Assembly: GCA_040285745.1 (NCBI GenBank)
Contig: JAUFOR010000001.1
Span: 248,001-312,000 of the forward strand
Origin: Barthelona sp. PCE
Lineage: Eukaryota
Length of the DNA stretch: 64,000 nucleotides
Reading direction: 5' to 3'
Part shown: in pieces, positions 32,601 to 41,822 of the stretch
Layout of the letters: every line of letters begins with the position of its first letter
How positions within the stretch are numbered: position 1 is the first letter of the stretch
Notes under the pieces: model-generated
What the model saw: the letters and a program-made list of their open reading frames with translations, nothing else
Told to the model about the DNA's origin: nothing
The model's database searches: none
Translations under genes and position numbers: made by a program

Positions 32601-34174
32601 AAATGTCGTTTAGCCGCCTCTGTGGACTGTGCTCGATGGGCACAATATTGAACTCAGTCGTCAGCGCAAAGTCCATACCATCAATAAGTAATATGAACAC
32701 AAAGTGTATCACAACGTCATCGTACTCGTCATTCCAGCGGTTCTCGCATGAGTTGCAGGTGGCGCTTAGCAGCGGATACTACCGTGTCAATCCCGGTCGC
32801 TTTGTGTACGAGGATGGTGTGTTTGATGGATCTGTTGATGGTGAATCACTCTTGAACTCCACGCTCTTTGGGGAATACAAGTGCGTGAACCGTTTTCTGT
32901 GCACAGGAGGCGACATACCAATAGGATACTCGGCATCGAACAACCAACTACGCAGAGAACGGAATGTCTTGGAGTATCCATCAGGATGTGTTCCACGTCA
33001 TCAGGGTTTTAACTGCCTTGAATGCGATGACCCTGAAAACAGGATGATTCGGTCACCAGGCCGAATGGTGTGCCTGGAGTGCCCTTCAGCATTGGGCATG
33101 ATGTGGCGCGTGTTTATATATATGGGTGTCTTCTTCCTGTACTCGTACGGATACAAGCTTCCATGGTCTCGCGTGTTCCAGATGAACAACATCCTTGATA
33201 TTGAGGTACACGCCGTCTTCCAGACCATATGCCGAATGTTAGTGCATTATATCATCGTAATTGACTACAGTCTGACAACGTTCCTCTTCAATAACGTGTC
33301 GGAGACCAAGTACACGACCGTGATATACCCGGTTGACGCGATACTGTGTCTTTTAAACAAAATGGGCAAATACACTGCAGACATCCCTATACCAATCATG
33401 TCGCTCTTGTGTTCCCTTTTCCTCGCCTTCATGCTTATTCTTCCGCGTCTCATATTCCTGGTCCGAAGGGTGTTACGGTTGTACAGGCCTGACAGGCTCA
33501 AATTCATCGACACTTGGTCACGACAGAGTACACTGACTCTGTCCATTCTCTTGACACCGGTCCTCTTCAGCGATTTCCTGACCAATATCATCCTGTTCCA
33601 CGCAAGTAACGAGTTTTTAAACCTGAATTCAGCAGCAAAGATCGATTGGGAAAGGATACGCTTCATGGTTGATCCTATATTCGTGTACTCGTACACCGAA
33701 GCCATTGCGCAGCTCGCGGGGAAGCTTATCCTCGTCGTTTTGGGGCTGGCGATGTATAGATGGAGTCAGAAGACGACAGAACACACATCGCTAGGTTTGA
33801 AGTACAGCTGCAGAAATTTCGATCTTTGGATTAGTTTATATCGTACCCTCATGTACTATATTCTCATGCAGGACCATAACACGCTTGAAATTGCACAAAT
33901 TCTATATTTGGTGTTGATTTTGTTGTACGTTGTGTATCGTAAACCCTACACTCAGCAGTTTTTGAACAAAATCATGGTCAGTCTGGATGTGAGCGTAATA
34001 GTCATCTTCAGTTTATCGCTGTACAAGCCCCCCTCGCTGTTTACACAATTTGAATTCATAGAAATAATCATCTTCATACTTTTCTTGCTGTCACCCCTGT
34101 TTATATTGAAGATTAAGCCGGAAAGTACATACGAAGGGCGTCACATTGATGCTTTTGATGTATTATTAGAATAA
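29672..34174 (+). CDS. Large surface membrane protein: signal peptide, beta-helix-like ectodomain, Cys-rich linker, multi-pass TM region
   Basis: 1500-aa ORF with S/N/I/F-rich repeats, C.PRHQGFNCLEC and CLECP linker, and several hydrophobic C-terminal segments. Confidence 0.7.
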   Translation: MIRLQTPLFWTICLLALCNAVIHTIDCQDSTVINPHLVDSSDVVFFELTEGCDGKKVSLLNIQANNLHFTRKSKFSDTKNLELFLSNITANNVSVSDCDLIAKQVDFLFSSSNDRMVTINFEGGTVNLNYLINLKINTHGTTVTCYNSFFAQVAISIYSSVELSFVFINHDRTDTSFGIFDSSIHLMILNSESISIHNCTGTIGVLNSDNLLIARSFITSASSNIDTKRFTFTDVSWNGTFELRQSHGSMLQRSTMTNVTVDGRVTVTSSAFITFKNLKIYDLKVLGDSTGPTHIFEDCRFVHLSTKFSSTIKSTVVEESASFMGEKDIYIRSSEFNSMTGVIKKLEVSRSLMRRFIVSATTVSLHTVFIPCYNGEWVLGTSDARLVKIDTVECNANSTFSLFSTSQIHIQNTRVSKESSVYIENLLLESCIFISLDKFNEIKVAQLTMRPDKSAFLDCSRPLFFLQSDAIFENVTIMYSRVALLSGNDVSDATVSINTISVSNAIFHFAADVSLLLHDVFIINSILYGGNPVKSEHSFANEQIIFDNVAFYSYNDDVISQTIRDVVISGREFDKSLDLECTETALEALFISSNNSCHDRHTHNLRFLNIQMNHVRSCISFIKSCVDVRIYNSSITNSFFSGAIFQSEQTRNDTESFLNNTLISNITFSSPMFMVDVNNGVKHASLAFWHSRFDGIKTDTSSSLIHCRHSCTLRFYHSKIHDSEGTVALFSAADELDVHFNSVVFSKIRTITGCTAYSMKLELRNSNISNSVGVYLTLFFTYNMRLNNEGGNIIAPRVICTQFPHPFASGIILRNTTHVSQDDSPFETPFLTNRLIELVPQYALLPNRIKNVFFVSSNNASLKSNAVIDQDFKFKFDHNSKPATDKGVCFYASEFDYLSVNGHVIDITIAYIQRFLIKKSFSNAICTTDLKISAFYHGTLLVLDHFEANLLEPNTMKHLNFSISNCDYGYYRLSDYEMSFSRLCGLCSMGTILNSVVSAKSIPSISNMNTKCITTSSYSSFQRFSHELQVALSSGYYRVNPGRFVYEDGVFDGSVDGESLLNSTLFGEYKCVNRFLCTGGDIPIGYSASNNQLRRERNVLEYPSGCVPRHQGFNCLECDDPENRMIRSPGRMVCLECPSALGMMWRVFIYMGVFFLYSYGYKLPWSRVFQMNNILDIEVHAVFQTICRMLVHYIIVIDYSLTTFLFNNVSETKYTTVIYPVDAILCLLNKMGKYTADIPIPIMSLLCSLFLAFMLILPRLIFLVRRVLRLYRPDRLKFIDTWSRQSTLTLSILLTPVLFSDFLTNIILFHASNEFLNLNSAAKIDWERIRFMVDPIFVYSYTEAIAQLAGKLILVVLGLAMYRWSQKTTEHTSLGLKYSCRNFDLWISLYRTLMYYILMQDHNTLEIAQILYLVLILLYVVYRKPYTQQFLNKIMVSLDVSVIVIFSLSLYKPPSLFTQFEFIEIIIFILFLLSPLFILKIKPESTYEGRHIDAFDVLLE

Positions 34175-34193
34175 ATCACTTTTTATGATTATT

Positions 34194-37100
34194 TTATTTA
34201 TTTTGATTGGTAACTACTGGATCGTCAAAATCTAACTTGCCACGTACGTCATTGAGCATGACCTCGTCAAAAAAGTTACTCTCATCAATGAAAGATGCCT
34301 GTATACCTATTGAATGTGACTTTGGGGGTATTTTAATAAATGGAGAAATACTGCGAATAACATAAGGATTCTCATAGATCCACATATTGGCCTCGTCTGG
34401 ATTAATAAATGTATGCTGTGCCTTCATTGGTGATCCCTTCAAAAGTTTTTGTTTGGTTGGTGTTTCCTCTGAATCTAGTGCTCTATTCGGCTTAGCACTT
34501 GCCTGACGTAGTGACAGGCGGTATGGGGTCTCCTCTGGAGCAATGGGTGAGTTATCCATGTCCAAAATGCGTAACATCTCGTTGGATATGACTGGAACAC
34601 GGAATGGGTTCAAGATATCGATGTTTGGATCGTAAGACTTGGTTTGCGTCTCTGCGTCATGCAACTTGTGCAAACGTGACACTTCCGTCTCAATATCTTC
34701 GTCCGAATCATACTGTCTTCCACTCTGTTGCTCCAAACGCTCTTGCTTTCCTACCAACGCGTGATCAAGTCTCTTCAGAACCTTCTTTTTCTGTAATATC
34801 TGTGTCTCTAGGATATCAAGCTTCATACTAAAGTCCTCACGACGACTCACGTACTTATCCTGCAAATTGTTGAGCTCTTCCCTCATCTTCTTTTGCTTCT
34901 TAGTGGCCATGTCTCTAAGATCATCCATCTGAGCAAGAATCAAGTCCCTTGCGTCATAAACAGAGGTCGTCTTTGCACTTTCCGCCTTTGACTGCTCCTT
35001 CAGCACTGCAACCTCACGGATTGCCTGTTTCCGCTCCTGCAACGACTCTTTCAGCTCCTGACGTGCCTGCAACACTTCAGTGCGAACACGTTCGTACTCG
35101 AGAAGCACCTCAGCACTGAGCTGCGTGCCACTTTCAATAAGATTAGGCCCGTGGGCAACACCAACGTTTTCGGTCTCTGGTATCGCCTGATTCCCCATGT
35201 TACTCACGATTGGCACCCCGCGGATCTTGAACGGTGTTTGGCAGCGCTGCGTGTACTTCTTTGCTCCAACCTGCACCTCTGCTTCGCACAATTCGACCGG
35301 TTCGTATTCGAACTCCTCTTCATTTTCTGCATCTTCTTGCTTGGGTTCTTCTACTTCACTACGTTTATCAGTGGGTACTTCTGCTCTTGGAGCTGTTGGC
35401 GGTCTTGGTTTCTTGAAACGGTGGTATTTCTGGGTATCGACATCCTTCATAAACACAAAAGTTTGAGTCTCGACGGATTTAAGCTCTTTAGCAAAGTTTA
35501 AAGATTTTTGCTTCTGCATCTCAGCAACTCTGGGCGTCGATAGCATGCTAGATGTAGGCGTTGCAAAGTTCTCCTTCACCGGTGTGGCATCAGTTTCGAT
35601 CAAATTCATAGAAATTGATTGGTCAGGAATTGCATAAAACTCATCATCCATATCATCCTCAACAGTATCTACACTCTCCTTGAAATCCCTAAACTGCTGT
35701 TTGAATCCACTTACAGTCACTGCAGTTACATCCATCAACCGGCTCTGAAGTAGCATGTAGTCCGAAGCAAGAGTTGATTGACTCGTACCAATCTCCGTAT
35801 CTGTATCGGTGAGATGTACAGAATCCTCAGGGATAGCACTGATGCTTGGTTGATGCACCTTGAATCGGTCAATATCCTGCTGTGTCATCTCGTGTTCGTG
35901 TAAGTCACTCATGCGGAATTCATCCATTTCAAATGCTTCAAGTAATTCATCAGCTATCTGACTATCAAAAACAAAACCGCTAGATTCCAGTTTATCCAAT
36001 CTGTCCTTCACGTTGTCCTCTTCCTCCGTGCTCACACCGTAGTTCTGTGCGTCCGAATGCAGCTCCGGAGTTGTAGGCTGTGATGGCCAACTATGTTCGG
36101 TAAGACGACTTGTCGATTTCTGGTTCTGTAGCATATTTAACGCTGTACGTGCGCTCATGAGCGCTTTATACGCGCCGTGTAATGAAGAATTAGATCTTTG
36201 TGTATTCATTTCACTTATTTCACTGCCCAATTCGCTACCGAACTCACTAAACTCCCGATCAGTAATGCCACCATCCGCGCACTGCGACCGCTGATCTTCA
36301 ACATCAACAGCACGCAATACAGTAATGTTCTCCTCCACCTCAACAGCAACAGAATTAATGAGGGCAAGGGCACCAGCTATAACCTCAGGTCTATCCCAGT
36401 TCTCCTCTACAGTTTCTCGGGCCATCGACCTTACGTCCTCCAGCTCCATAAGTAAAATGCACTCAGAGCGAGCCATGTCATCAAGCAAGCGTTCCCTCTC
36501 CTGCAACACATGTTCCTGCTGTGTAGTAGGATCCAGTACGATCGTTTTTAAGCGCTGTTGTGTTTCTACAAGCTCTATTCGCGTGTCGATTAACTCAGTC
36601 TTTGTTAGCTCCAAATCGTTCTGCAGCTTGCGTACAAATGCTACCTTTGGCAGTGAAATTTCAGGAACACTAGCTGGTTTCGGTGAATCTTGGTGTCTTG
36701 GTTCATCCAAAACGGCTGTCAATTGTAACTCACTGATACGCGCCTTATCAAGCACACTTTGCTCCTTCAGGTGACGAAGTTCCCTGCGCATCGCATCGAC
36801 TTCATCCAACAGATGCTCCTTCTCTTCCCTCAATTCATTAATAATCCCATCCTGCTTGTGCGTTGTCCTTTCCATTTCTGAGTATATCTTGATACCTTGC
36901 TTATCTCGCATGAGCATTGCAGCACGATTATTTTCTCGTTGTGCGCGCATAAAAGCCATAACAATGTCGGCCATCGTTGGCTGCTCAAGAGCCAGATCTC
37001 GCATAATTTGCAGTGTCTGTCTCTGCCAAATATGTTTCAAGGGACGTTCTTCCTCTGAAACACACTCATGCAACTCCGCAATAATATGCCTCTCGCCTGA

Positions 37101-38687
37101 ATCAAGACTGAAGCGATTATCCTCAGCCAACGAATAGGTGTCCAATGTGGCCATCTCTGCTCGGGTGTGTGCTTCAGAGGATTTCTGCATACGAATATAA
37201 TCTTGTGGAAAATTCATTTTTAGCTTTTCTATACGGTCGACAACGACTTCAACAACGGATTCCGGTTCAACAGGTGTGATTGGTCGGGAAAAGGTGACTA
37301 GACCAACAGTTTGCGTCTGTATTGAGCGCCCCATTGGTGCTTTTCTCTCCTTTAACTTTGGTTTTCTCCTTCTCTTCTCTTTTTCCTCTTCAACACGTTG
37401 CCAAACAGTATCCAACATCCCGCGGGAGTTGCTCCTACTCTTAAGCCCTCCCTTTTTGTCAATCTTATTGTTTAACGATTGCACTTCAGATTGCAAAGTC
37501 ATATTCTTCTGCATGAGTTCTTCAACCTCCTCCTGCAGAAGAGACACATCACCTTCTAGCAACGCAGTGACCTCCTTCTCTGTCACCAGCGCGCTATTCG
37601 CCTTATCAAGCTTTGACCGCATCTTCAACTGACTGAGAGAGTTGTCATCAATGTGTGCCTGAACAATATGCAACTTATCAACCACTTCATCTAAAACTTT
37701 CTTGAGCTTTTGATTCTGAACAGCGAGAGATGAAAGCTCCACGTTCTGGATCTCTATCGTGGAGCTCATTTCTTCTGCAGGCATATTACTTATAGTTTGC
37801 TTGATTGTATCTTTCACCATATCACTGTAATCAGTTTCAAGTTTCAATTGTAACTCCCTTAAAAGGTGCTTTTTGATCTTGTTATGTGTACATTCTTCAT
37901 GTTTTGCTTTGTTTCCTTCCAAAAACAGAATCTTTTGATCCGTTCTAAAAATCTCTTCCTCAATCACTATGGAAGATGAACCGTATAGGGATAGGAGCTC
38001 AGAACTCGTCTTTTTCGTATCAAATTTCGTTAGAACACGGATAGCCTCGTGTGCTGTACTCGATCCCATACGCACCACCTCATTATTTGTATACAATGCT
38101 ATATTATCAGTTTCTGTGCTTGCTTCTGACATTTCTACCTTTTTGGCTGTTAATTGATTGCTCCTCTTTGTGGATTGTATATTGAAGGTTTGAAAAGAGC
38201 CTGTGCGTAATAAAGGTTGAGTTGAATCATCCATCTTTGCACTAAATACTCCGTCAGGTATCCTTGGTGTCTCCATATCATGTGTATATTTCTCCTTTTT
38301 CGCCTTAAACTCGATTGGTAGAAGAGGTGGAAGCGCTTCAGGTGGTGTGGGAAGCCTTTTCAAATTTTTAGTACGTGGTTTGCTAGGGCTAGCCATTCTA
38401 TTCAATGCTTTCGGTCGCTTTGTACTAAGTACATTTTTTGTATGCGGGGGTACATAGTCCTTTGGGATATCATCCATATGAGGAAGTGATTTATATGCAT
38501 TTTTCCGTTTATCACGAACCAATGGTGCAGATATCGACCTGTTTTGTGGTTTAGAATCAGAGTTCCTGCGTTTTTTGCTCATTCGGTCCATAAGAACCTT
38601 TGACATCTCAGAATCGTTGAGCAAACCCGATTTCAAAACGGGAATTGCGAGTTCTCCGGAATTCCTTGTTTCAACTGCGTAAGACAT
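34194..38687 (-). CDS. Hypothetical large coiled-coil protein, 1497 aa
   Basis: Long uninterrupted ORF, E/K/Q/L heptad regions, recurring short xQT motifs. Confidence 0.7.
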   Translation of the reverse strand: MSYAVETRNSGELAIPVLKSGLLNDSEMSKVLMDRMSKKRRNSDSKPQNRSISAPLVRDKRKNAYKSLPHMDDIPKDYVPPHTKNVLSTKRPKALNRMASPSKPRTKNLKRLPTPPEALPPLLPIEFKAKKEKYTHDMETPRIPDGVFSAKMDDSTQPLLRTGSFQTFNIQSTKRSNQLTAKKVEMSEASTETDNIALYTNNEVVRMGSSTAHEAIRVLTKFDTKKTSSELLSLYGSSSIVIEEEIFRTDQKILFLEGNKAKHEECTHNKIKKHLLRELQLKLETDYSDMVKDTIKQTISNMPAEEMSSTIEIQNVELSSLAVQNQKLKKVLDEVVDKLHIVQAHIDDNSLSQLKMRSKLDKANSALVTEKEVTALLEGDVSLLQEEVEELMQKNMTLQSEVQSLNNKIDKKGGLKSRSNSRGMLDTVWQRVEEEKEKRRRKPKLKERKAPMGRSIQTQTVGLVTFSRPITPVEPESVVEVVVDRIEKLKMNFPQDYIRMQKSSEAHTRAEMATLDTYSLAEDNRFSLDSGERHIIAELHECVSEEERPLKHIWQRQTLQIMRDLALEQPTMADIVMAFMRAQRENNRAAMLMRDKQGIKIYSEMERTTHKQDGIINELREEKEHLLDEVDAMRRELRHLKEQSVLDKARISELQLTAVLDEPRHQDSPKPASVPEISLPKVAFVRKLQNDLELTKTELIDTRIELVETQQRLKTIVLDPTTQQEHVLQERERLLDDMARSECILLMELEDVRSMARETVEENWDRPEVIAGALALINSVAVEVEENITVLRAVDVEDQRSQCADGGITDREFSEFGSELGSEISEMNTQRSNSSLHGAYKALMSARTALNMLQNQKSTSRLTEHSWPSQPTTPELHSDAQNYGVSTEEEDNVKDRLDKLESSGFVFDSQIADELLEAFEMDEFRMSDLHEHEMTQQDIDRFKVHQPSISAIPEDSVHLTDTDTEIGTSQSTLASDYMLLQSRLMDVTAVTVSGFKQQFRDFKESVDTVEDDMDDEFYAIPDQSISMNLIETDATPVKENFATPTSSMLSTPRVAEMQKQKSLNFAKELKSVETQTFVFMKDVDTQKYHRFKKPRPPTAPRAEVPTDKRSEVEEPKQEDAENEEEFEYEPVELCEAEVQVGAKKYTQRCQTPFKIRGVPIVSNMGNQAIPETENVGVAHGPNLIESGTQLSAEVLLEYERVRTEVLQARQELKESLQERKQAIREVAVLKEQSKAESAKTTSVYDARDLILAQMDDLRDMATKKQKKMREELNNLQDKYVSRREDFSMKLDILETQILQKKKVLKRLDHALVGKQERLEQQSGRQYDSDEDIETEVSRLHKLHDAETQTKSYDPNIDILNPFRVPVISNEMLRILDMDNSPIAPEETPYRLSLRQASAKPNRALDSEETPTKQKLLKGSPMKAQHTFINPDEANMWIYENPYVIRSISPFIKIPPKSHSIGIQASFIDESNFFDEVMLNDVRGKLDFDDPVVTNQNK

Positions 38688-38781
38688 ATGATATCAAATC
38701 AGCTTACTTTTGAGTAAAATGCCCAAACATAATAAGAATATTGAAAAGAGTTGTTATTCGTTTTACATCTTTTTCTGCTGT

Positions 38782-40005
38782 ATGGACTTTGATCTGGAGA
38801 TCAAGCAGGAGCCTGAATACGCCGAAGAGTTTGATTTTTTAGCGTATCAGCGTGTTAAACATACAGAAAGTTTATTTGTCACACAGCATATCGTGGAGAA
38901 TGTTTTAAACCGTGTATTCGATGCAGAAATTACATGTATTGCCCTACCCAACGCAGCAAAAGCTGTTTTTGAGAAGTTAACAGATAGTCTTTGTAACCTA
39001 CCAGCATTCCCTTCTGAATATCCTTCTGAAAATGACTCTACTGACTGGATAATTGATACATCTCCCAGCTATTCTCCTCCTGATACATATTGCAGAGGCT
39101 TCTTACCAAAATCAAAAGAGGAACAAAACACCACACCCGCATTTCCTTTGCCAGATCTCAAGGCTGTACACATACAGTCTACAGTGCAACGCCCGCCATC
39201 CAGGTATTCTGGAACAGTGCGACCAAGAACAGCAAAGAAACGTTCAAAGATTAAACTTATTAAGCCAAAAGTGGAGAAGGAGGACCTAAAACAGAAGGCA
39301 ATCGACGCTTTGGCAAAGCTACATGTTTCTTTAAGGAATAAGAAGTGGACATACAACGATGAAGGAGAAGTTGTGGTAATTGAGGAAGTTAAAAAGATTT
39401 CAAGTGGTTTAAAGTCAGCATCGGTTAATCAGAAGCAAAAGATAGCGCCTGGAAGACTGAGGGGATCGAAATCCGATGGAAAGAAGAAGAAGAAGGGCGG
39501 TGTAAGATTCAAGATGCCGAATGCAATGAAGAATCAACAGCTAGATAAAAGGAAGTTGATGCGAAGTTCTATGAAGGGTATAAAGACCAAAAATGGTGTC
39601 AAGATATCAGGAGAGATGATTGAAAAGCCGCAAGCACAGAAGAAACAGGTTGTTGAAATTGAAAAAGAAAAACCACAAAAACAAACTGTTGTTGCAGAAA
39701 CACCACCGCCAAAGGTGCAAAAAGAGGATAGAACAGAGTTACCAAAGCACAAAAACTCTCGTATTGTTATTGATGGAGGTCATGATGTACCACAAAAGCC
39801 AAGTGAAGTTCCTCATAAAGATGTATTATTACAAACCACGATGAAACGGAAGAAGGTTTCACATATATCCAGTAATCCTCGTGTGACACATCAGTCCAAT
39901 TTAGATCATGATTTAACCTCGTTCAGATCTTTCCCCAGAGCACCTACAAAAACTATTAAACCAAAGGATAAGGGTTTGTATGACACGATTAGAAGTGAAT
40001 TGTAA
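38782..40005 (+). CDS. Hypothetical basic protein with an N-terminal region resembling C2orf81-like proteins
   Basis: Long ORF; WIIDTSPSYSPPDTYCRG recalls the W..D.EP.....D.WA.G motif; start placed at MDFDLE (an earlier ATG is possible). Confidence 0.55.
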   Translation: MDFDLEIKQEPEYAEEFDFLAYQRVKHTESLFVTQHIVENVLNRVFDAEITCIALPNAAKAVFEKLTDSLCNLPAFPSEYPSENDSTDWIIDTSPSYSPPDTYCRGFLPKSKEEQNTTPAFPLPDLKAVHIQSTVQRPPSRYSGTVRPRTAKKRSKIKLIKPKVEKEDLKQKAIDALAKLHVSLRNKKWTYNDEGEVVVIEEVKKISSGLKSASVNQKQKIAPGRLRGSKSDGKKKKKGGVRFKMPNAMKNQQLDKRKLMRSSMKGIKTKNGVKISGEMIEKPQAQKKQVVEIEKEKPQKQTVVAETPPPKVQKEDRTELPKHKNSRIVIDGGHDVPQKPSEVPHKDVLLQTTMKRKKVSHISSNPRVTHQSNLDHDLTSFRSFPRAPTKTIKPKDKGLYDTIRSEL

Positions 40006-40069
40006 ATGAATTTCAATCAAGTTAAATTGATAAATTGATTGATACTTTTTACAACGCATTGAATAATGA

Positions 40070-40914
40070 TTAGTTAAAGGCACTGTTATTAGGTAAAGGA
40101 CAGGTTACGCCATCAATAGGCTTCCTGAAAATAGTGGCCTTTTCATCATAAATGGCAAAATAACCGGAGACATAAATAAAGTGATCACGGCTGCAAGTTT
40201 TGCTGGCATTCATTGTGGTACCATCGATTGTAAGGTACTCGCCAACGGGCATGGCCTCATCGGGAATGAGTGGAATGACTTGATCAGCGTTAGTTCCGCA
40301 CAATATCATACCCTGCGATACAACGCCAGCAAGCTTTGTGTGTTTAAGATTGGTGACGACAACAACGCGCTTGTTAATGAGCTCCTCAGCGCTGAAGTAC
40401 TGGGAAATGCCAGCAACAACTGTGATTGGCTCTGATGAGCCAATGTTCATGGTAGTGATCATTAGCTTATCGCTCTTAGGGTGAGGTTCAGCATTTTCGA
40501 TCTGTCCCACACGGAGAGCAAGCCTGGAGATGGCCCTTTGGTTGCCTTCTGAACTTAAGTTGTGTAAGTCCAAAGGATGCATTTTGAGTGCACAAGATTG
40601 TGATCCCTTAAAGTGACAGACTGGACACTCTGTTTCGAATGGATATGTCATGAGGAATCCACAGTCCTTACAACGTTGCATTGATGTGATTGGAGTAAGT
40701 AGACCATTAAATTCAATAGCCCAAGGAGCGTCAGGATGTACGTGAACAGCAGGCACATCATGCTTTTCCTCTAAGCCAGATATGAGTTCGTCGAGCATTT
40801 CTGCTAAATGTTAGGTAAAATTATTGTTGTTTATCACGTGATAGGCGCCCAGTAGGTCATTATGTGTACTTTTCCCGTAGCCCCGTACCCGTCTAACATA
40901 CTTGCTTTAGACAT
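40070..40914 (-). CDS. tRNA-binding OB-fold protein (Trbp111/Arc1p/EMAP II-like) with an N-terminal CxxC...CxxC zinc ribbon; exons 40914-40902, 40803-40070
   Basis: LRVGQI..AEPHPKSDKL, VVAGI, VVTNLK..KLAGVVSQGMILC; RCKDCG...CPVC. Confidence 0.85.
40804..40901 (-). other. Spliceosomal intron (98 nt) of the tRNA-binding protein gene
   Basis: Minus strand ATGTCTAAAGCAA|GTATGT...CCTAACATTTAG|CAGAAATG gives in-frame MSKATEMLDEL. Confidence 0.8.
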
Positions 40915-41822
40915 ATTTAAGTCTTGAATGAGTAATAAAATGCAAAAGTGATTTCCTAATCTCATTATACTCACATATGCCAAATATTTGAGTTTAATAC
41001 ACTTTTTACTCCACAATAATACTCTGTATTTTCGTAATATAGGATGTAAATGCAGAAAAGTTTTGCACTTTACAAAAATTCTAATATGCTGATTTATGGC
41101 TTGTTGTTGAGGTTTAATCGTCAGACTATTGTGTCAACAATGCATGAAATATGTACAAATTCATTTTGTACAAGTTTTCAACTCAAAACAGAAAACTATC
41201 ATCGTGTAACCATATATCTAGCGCTAACAATGTAATCTTTCCAATATAACCACTGCAGTTTACTTTTATTCATAATAAGTGCAGCATAAAACTCCCGGCA
41301 CAAGTAAAAACTACATGCTCACAGTTAAAACTAAATTTGTTCACATAGTATAATATATTTACTATAATTTTACTAATTATTGATTCTTACCACACATATA
41401 ATCATTAATTAGGAAAGAAAGAAAAATTACTTCTTCGCATGTACAGATGCAGATATATTGTATCGTGCATACCCGTATAATCTCTTTTTTATTCTTCTAT
41501 CGATAAAATATTGAAATTTTGATTAGATCAAGTAGTTTTATATACTTTACTAAAAGCATATTGAAATCTTCTTTTTAATCAAAATCAAATTAATTGAACT
41601 TTATTTTTAAAATAAAAGCAGTTAATAAAGTTTTTTTTTTTGAAAAGTATCACAACGTCGATATTTAGAAGAAAGTTAATTTATCCTGCGTTAAGGATGT
41701 TGTGTGTGTGTCATAATGAATAGCGTAAAGGGAATTTACCTTAATATTTGCTGCAAACAAGGCATGGACCTTATGCTCATGCTTGAAAGTGAATAACTTA
41801 TGCTTCAACATTCTTTCACCTT

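Noticed and set aside
41517-41540. TTTTGATTAGATCAAGTAG resembles the 5' part of U2 snRNA
   Set aside because: Lacks the GUGUAGUA branch-pairing sequence and stem IIa; likely chance in very AT-rich DNA
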